This document shows, piece by piece, positions 63,001-64,000 of a stretch of 64,000 nucleotides of DNA. The stretch's first letter is position 1. Each line of letters starts with the position of its first letter. The stretch spans positions 251,472,001-251,536,000 of the forward strand of contig OZ024740.1 in assembly GCA_964016885.1 (NCBI GenBank), in the 5' to 3' direction. The notes beneath the pieces were generated by a model, which searched no databases, was not told the origin of the DNA, and saw only the letters and a list, made by a program, of their open reading frames with translations. Source of the DNA: Eledone cirrhosa. Its lineage: Eukaryota. The translations under genes and the position numbers were made by a program.

Positions 63001-64000
63001 GCTAGAAATTATCTCTCTTTGGACGGCTGGAAATTATCTCCCCTTGATTTTTTTTACAAATTATCTCCCCCTGATTTTCTTTACAAATATCCCAGTGATT
63101 TTTTTTAAAAAATTATCTCCCCTTCGCTGGCTGGAAATTATCTCCCCTTGGACGCTGGAAATTATAGCCCCTTGGAGGGCTGGAAATTATCTTCCCTTGG
63201 ACGGCTGGAAATTATCTCCCCTTGATTTTTTTTACAAATTATCTCCCCCTGATTTTTTTTTACAAATTATCTCCCCCTGATTTTTTTTACAAATTATCTC
63301 CCCCTGATTTTTTTTTACAACTTATCTCCGCCTGATTTTTTTTTAAAAATCATCTCCCCTTGGACGGCTGGAAATTATCTCCCCTTGGACGGCTGGAAAT
63401 TATCTCCCCTTGGACGGCTGGAAATTATCTCTCCTTGGACGGCTAGAAATTACCTCTCCTTGGACGGCTGAAAATTATCTCCCCTTGGACGGCTGGAAAT
63501 TATCTCCCCTTGATTTTTTTTACAAATTATCTCCCCCTGATTTTTTTGTACAAATTATCTCCCCCTGATTTTTTTTACAAATTATCTCCCCCTGATTTTT
63601 TTACAAATTATCTCCCCTTGGCTGGCTGGAAATTATCTCCCCTTGGAGGCAGGAATTTATCTCCCCTTGGACGGCTAGAAATTACCTCTCCTTGGACGGC
63701 TGGAAAATATGTCTCCTTGGACGGCTGGAAATTATCTCCCCTTGGACGGCTGGAAATTATCTCCCCTTGGACGGCTGGAAATTATCTCCCCTTGGACGGC
63801 TAGAAATTACCTCTCCTTGGACGGCTGAAAATTATCTCCCCTTGGACGGCTGGAAATTATCTCCCCTTGATTTTTTTACAAATTATCTCCCCCTGATTTT
63901 TTTTTACAAATTATCTCCCCCTGATTTTTTTTTACAAATTATCTCCCACTGATTTTTTTTTACAAATTATCTCCCCCTGATTTTTTTTTTACAAATTATC
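60030..64000 (+). repeat. ~2.09-kb tandem duplication; the second copy runs off the window end
   Basis: ORF pair 60875/62969 (offset 2094); TTCGCTGG at ~60109 and ~62203; 61627/63692 (offset 2065 after monomer indels). Confidence 0.87.

Larger units (their letters stand above)
1..64000 (+). repeat. Composite satellite DNA array of two related monomers (25-bp type A and ~27-bp type B), head-to-tail, extending beyond both window ends
   Basis: Seen directly: the core AAATTATCTCCCC(T/C)TG or a close variant recurs about every 21-30 bp from base 1 to 64000, followed by GACGGCTGG (A) or A-T(7-11)-AC (B). I found no unique sequence and no reverse-orientation segment. The ORF track reflects this: the 9-aa FFYKLSPPD repeat is the 27-bp B unit, and the 25-bp A unit cycles through three frames (DGWKLSPL / GRLEIISP / WTAGNYLP). 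Confidence 0.99.

Noticed and set aside
302-63952. Well over 100 short plus-strand ORFs (60-194 aa) with LSPLGRLEIISPW / FFYKLSPPD repeats, superficially leucine-rich-repeat-like
   Set aside because: They are translations of the satellite, mostly opened at TTG. The 25-bp unit is not a multiple of 3, T-run length changes shift frame constantly, overlapping frames give the same peptides, and nothing suggests frame preservation.
1-64000. CRISPR-like layout (constant repeat plus variable intervening sequence)
   Set aside because: The constant part is only ~16 bp, and the intervening 9-14 bp come in essentially two types repeated over a thousand times each, not unique spacers of typical length. 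There is no leader and no cas gene.
1-64000. Telomerase-made long telomeric repeat (25-bp units exist in some budding yeasts; the minus strand is G-rich)
   Set aside because: Variants are inherited in kilobase-scale duplicated blocks with fixed order, which indicates recombination or replication-based amplification rather than repeated copying of one RNA template. A subtelomeric or recombination-maintained terminal location is not excluded.
1-64000. Whole window as a sequencing or assembly artefact
   Set aside because: Private SNPs and T-run length patterns are shared consistently among distant copies in a nested hierarchy, which random error would not produce. The copy number of individual near-identical duplications still needs read support.

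Overview
The whole 64 kb window is one uninterrupted, single-orientation, non-coding satellite array. I see no credible protein-coding gene, RNA gene, transposon or CRISPR array, and every ORF in the track is a chance translation of the repeat. The array is built from two short monomers that share a 16-bp core, AAATTATCTCCCC(T/C)TG. Type A is 25 bp (AAATTATCTCCCCTTGGACGGCTGG). Type B is 26-30 bp, mode 27-28 (AAATTATCTCCCCCTGA-T7-11-AC). They are not randomly mixed: A-blocks of about 1-11 monomers alternate with B-blocks of about 2-17, joined by stereotyped junction monomers. Blocks form nested higher-order units, read from constant offsets in the ORF track and spot-checked on private variants: about 0.93, 1.5/1.67, 2.0, 2.1, 3.9, roughly 6 and 13.0 kb, plus a match at about 50-53 kb offset. 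The most unusual points are the block grammar, T-run lengths inherited as a barcode, T(n)A(m) junctions whose boundary slides while total length stays fixed, and a reconstructable order of nested duplications. A eukaryotic centromeric, pericentromeric or subtelomeric origin is an inference; I cannot name the organism or the satellite family. Breakpoints were located by eye and are approximate to about one monomer.
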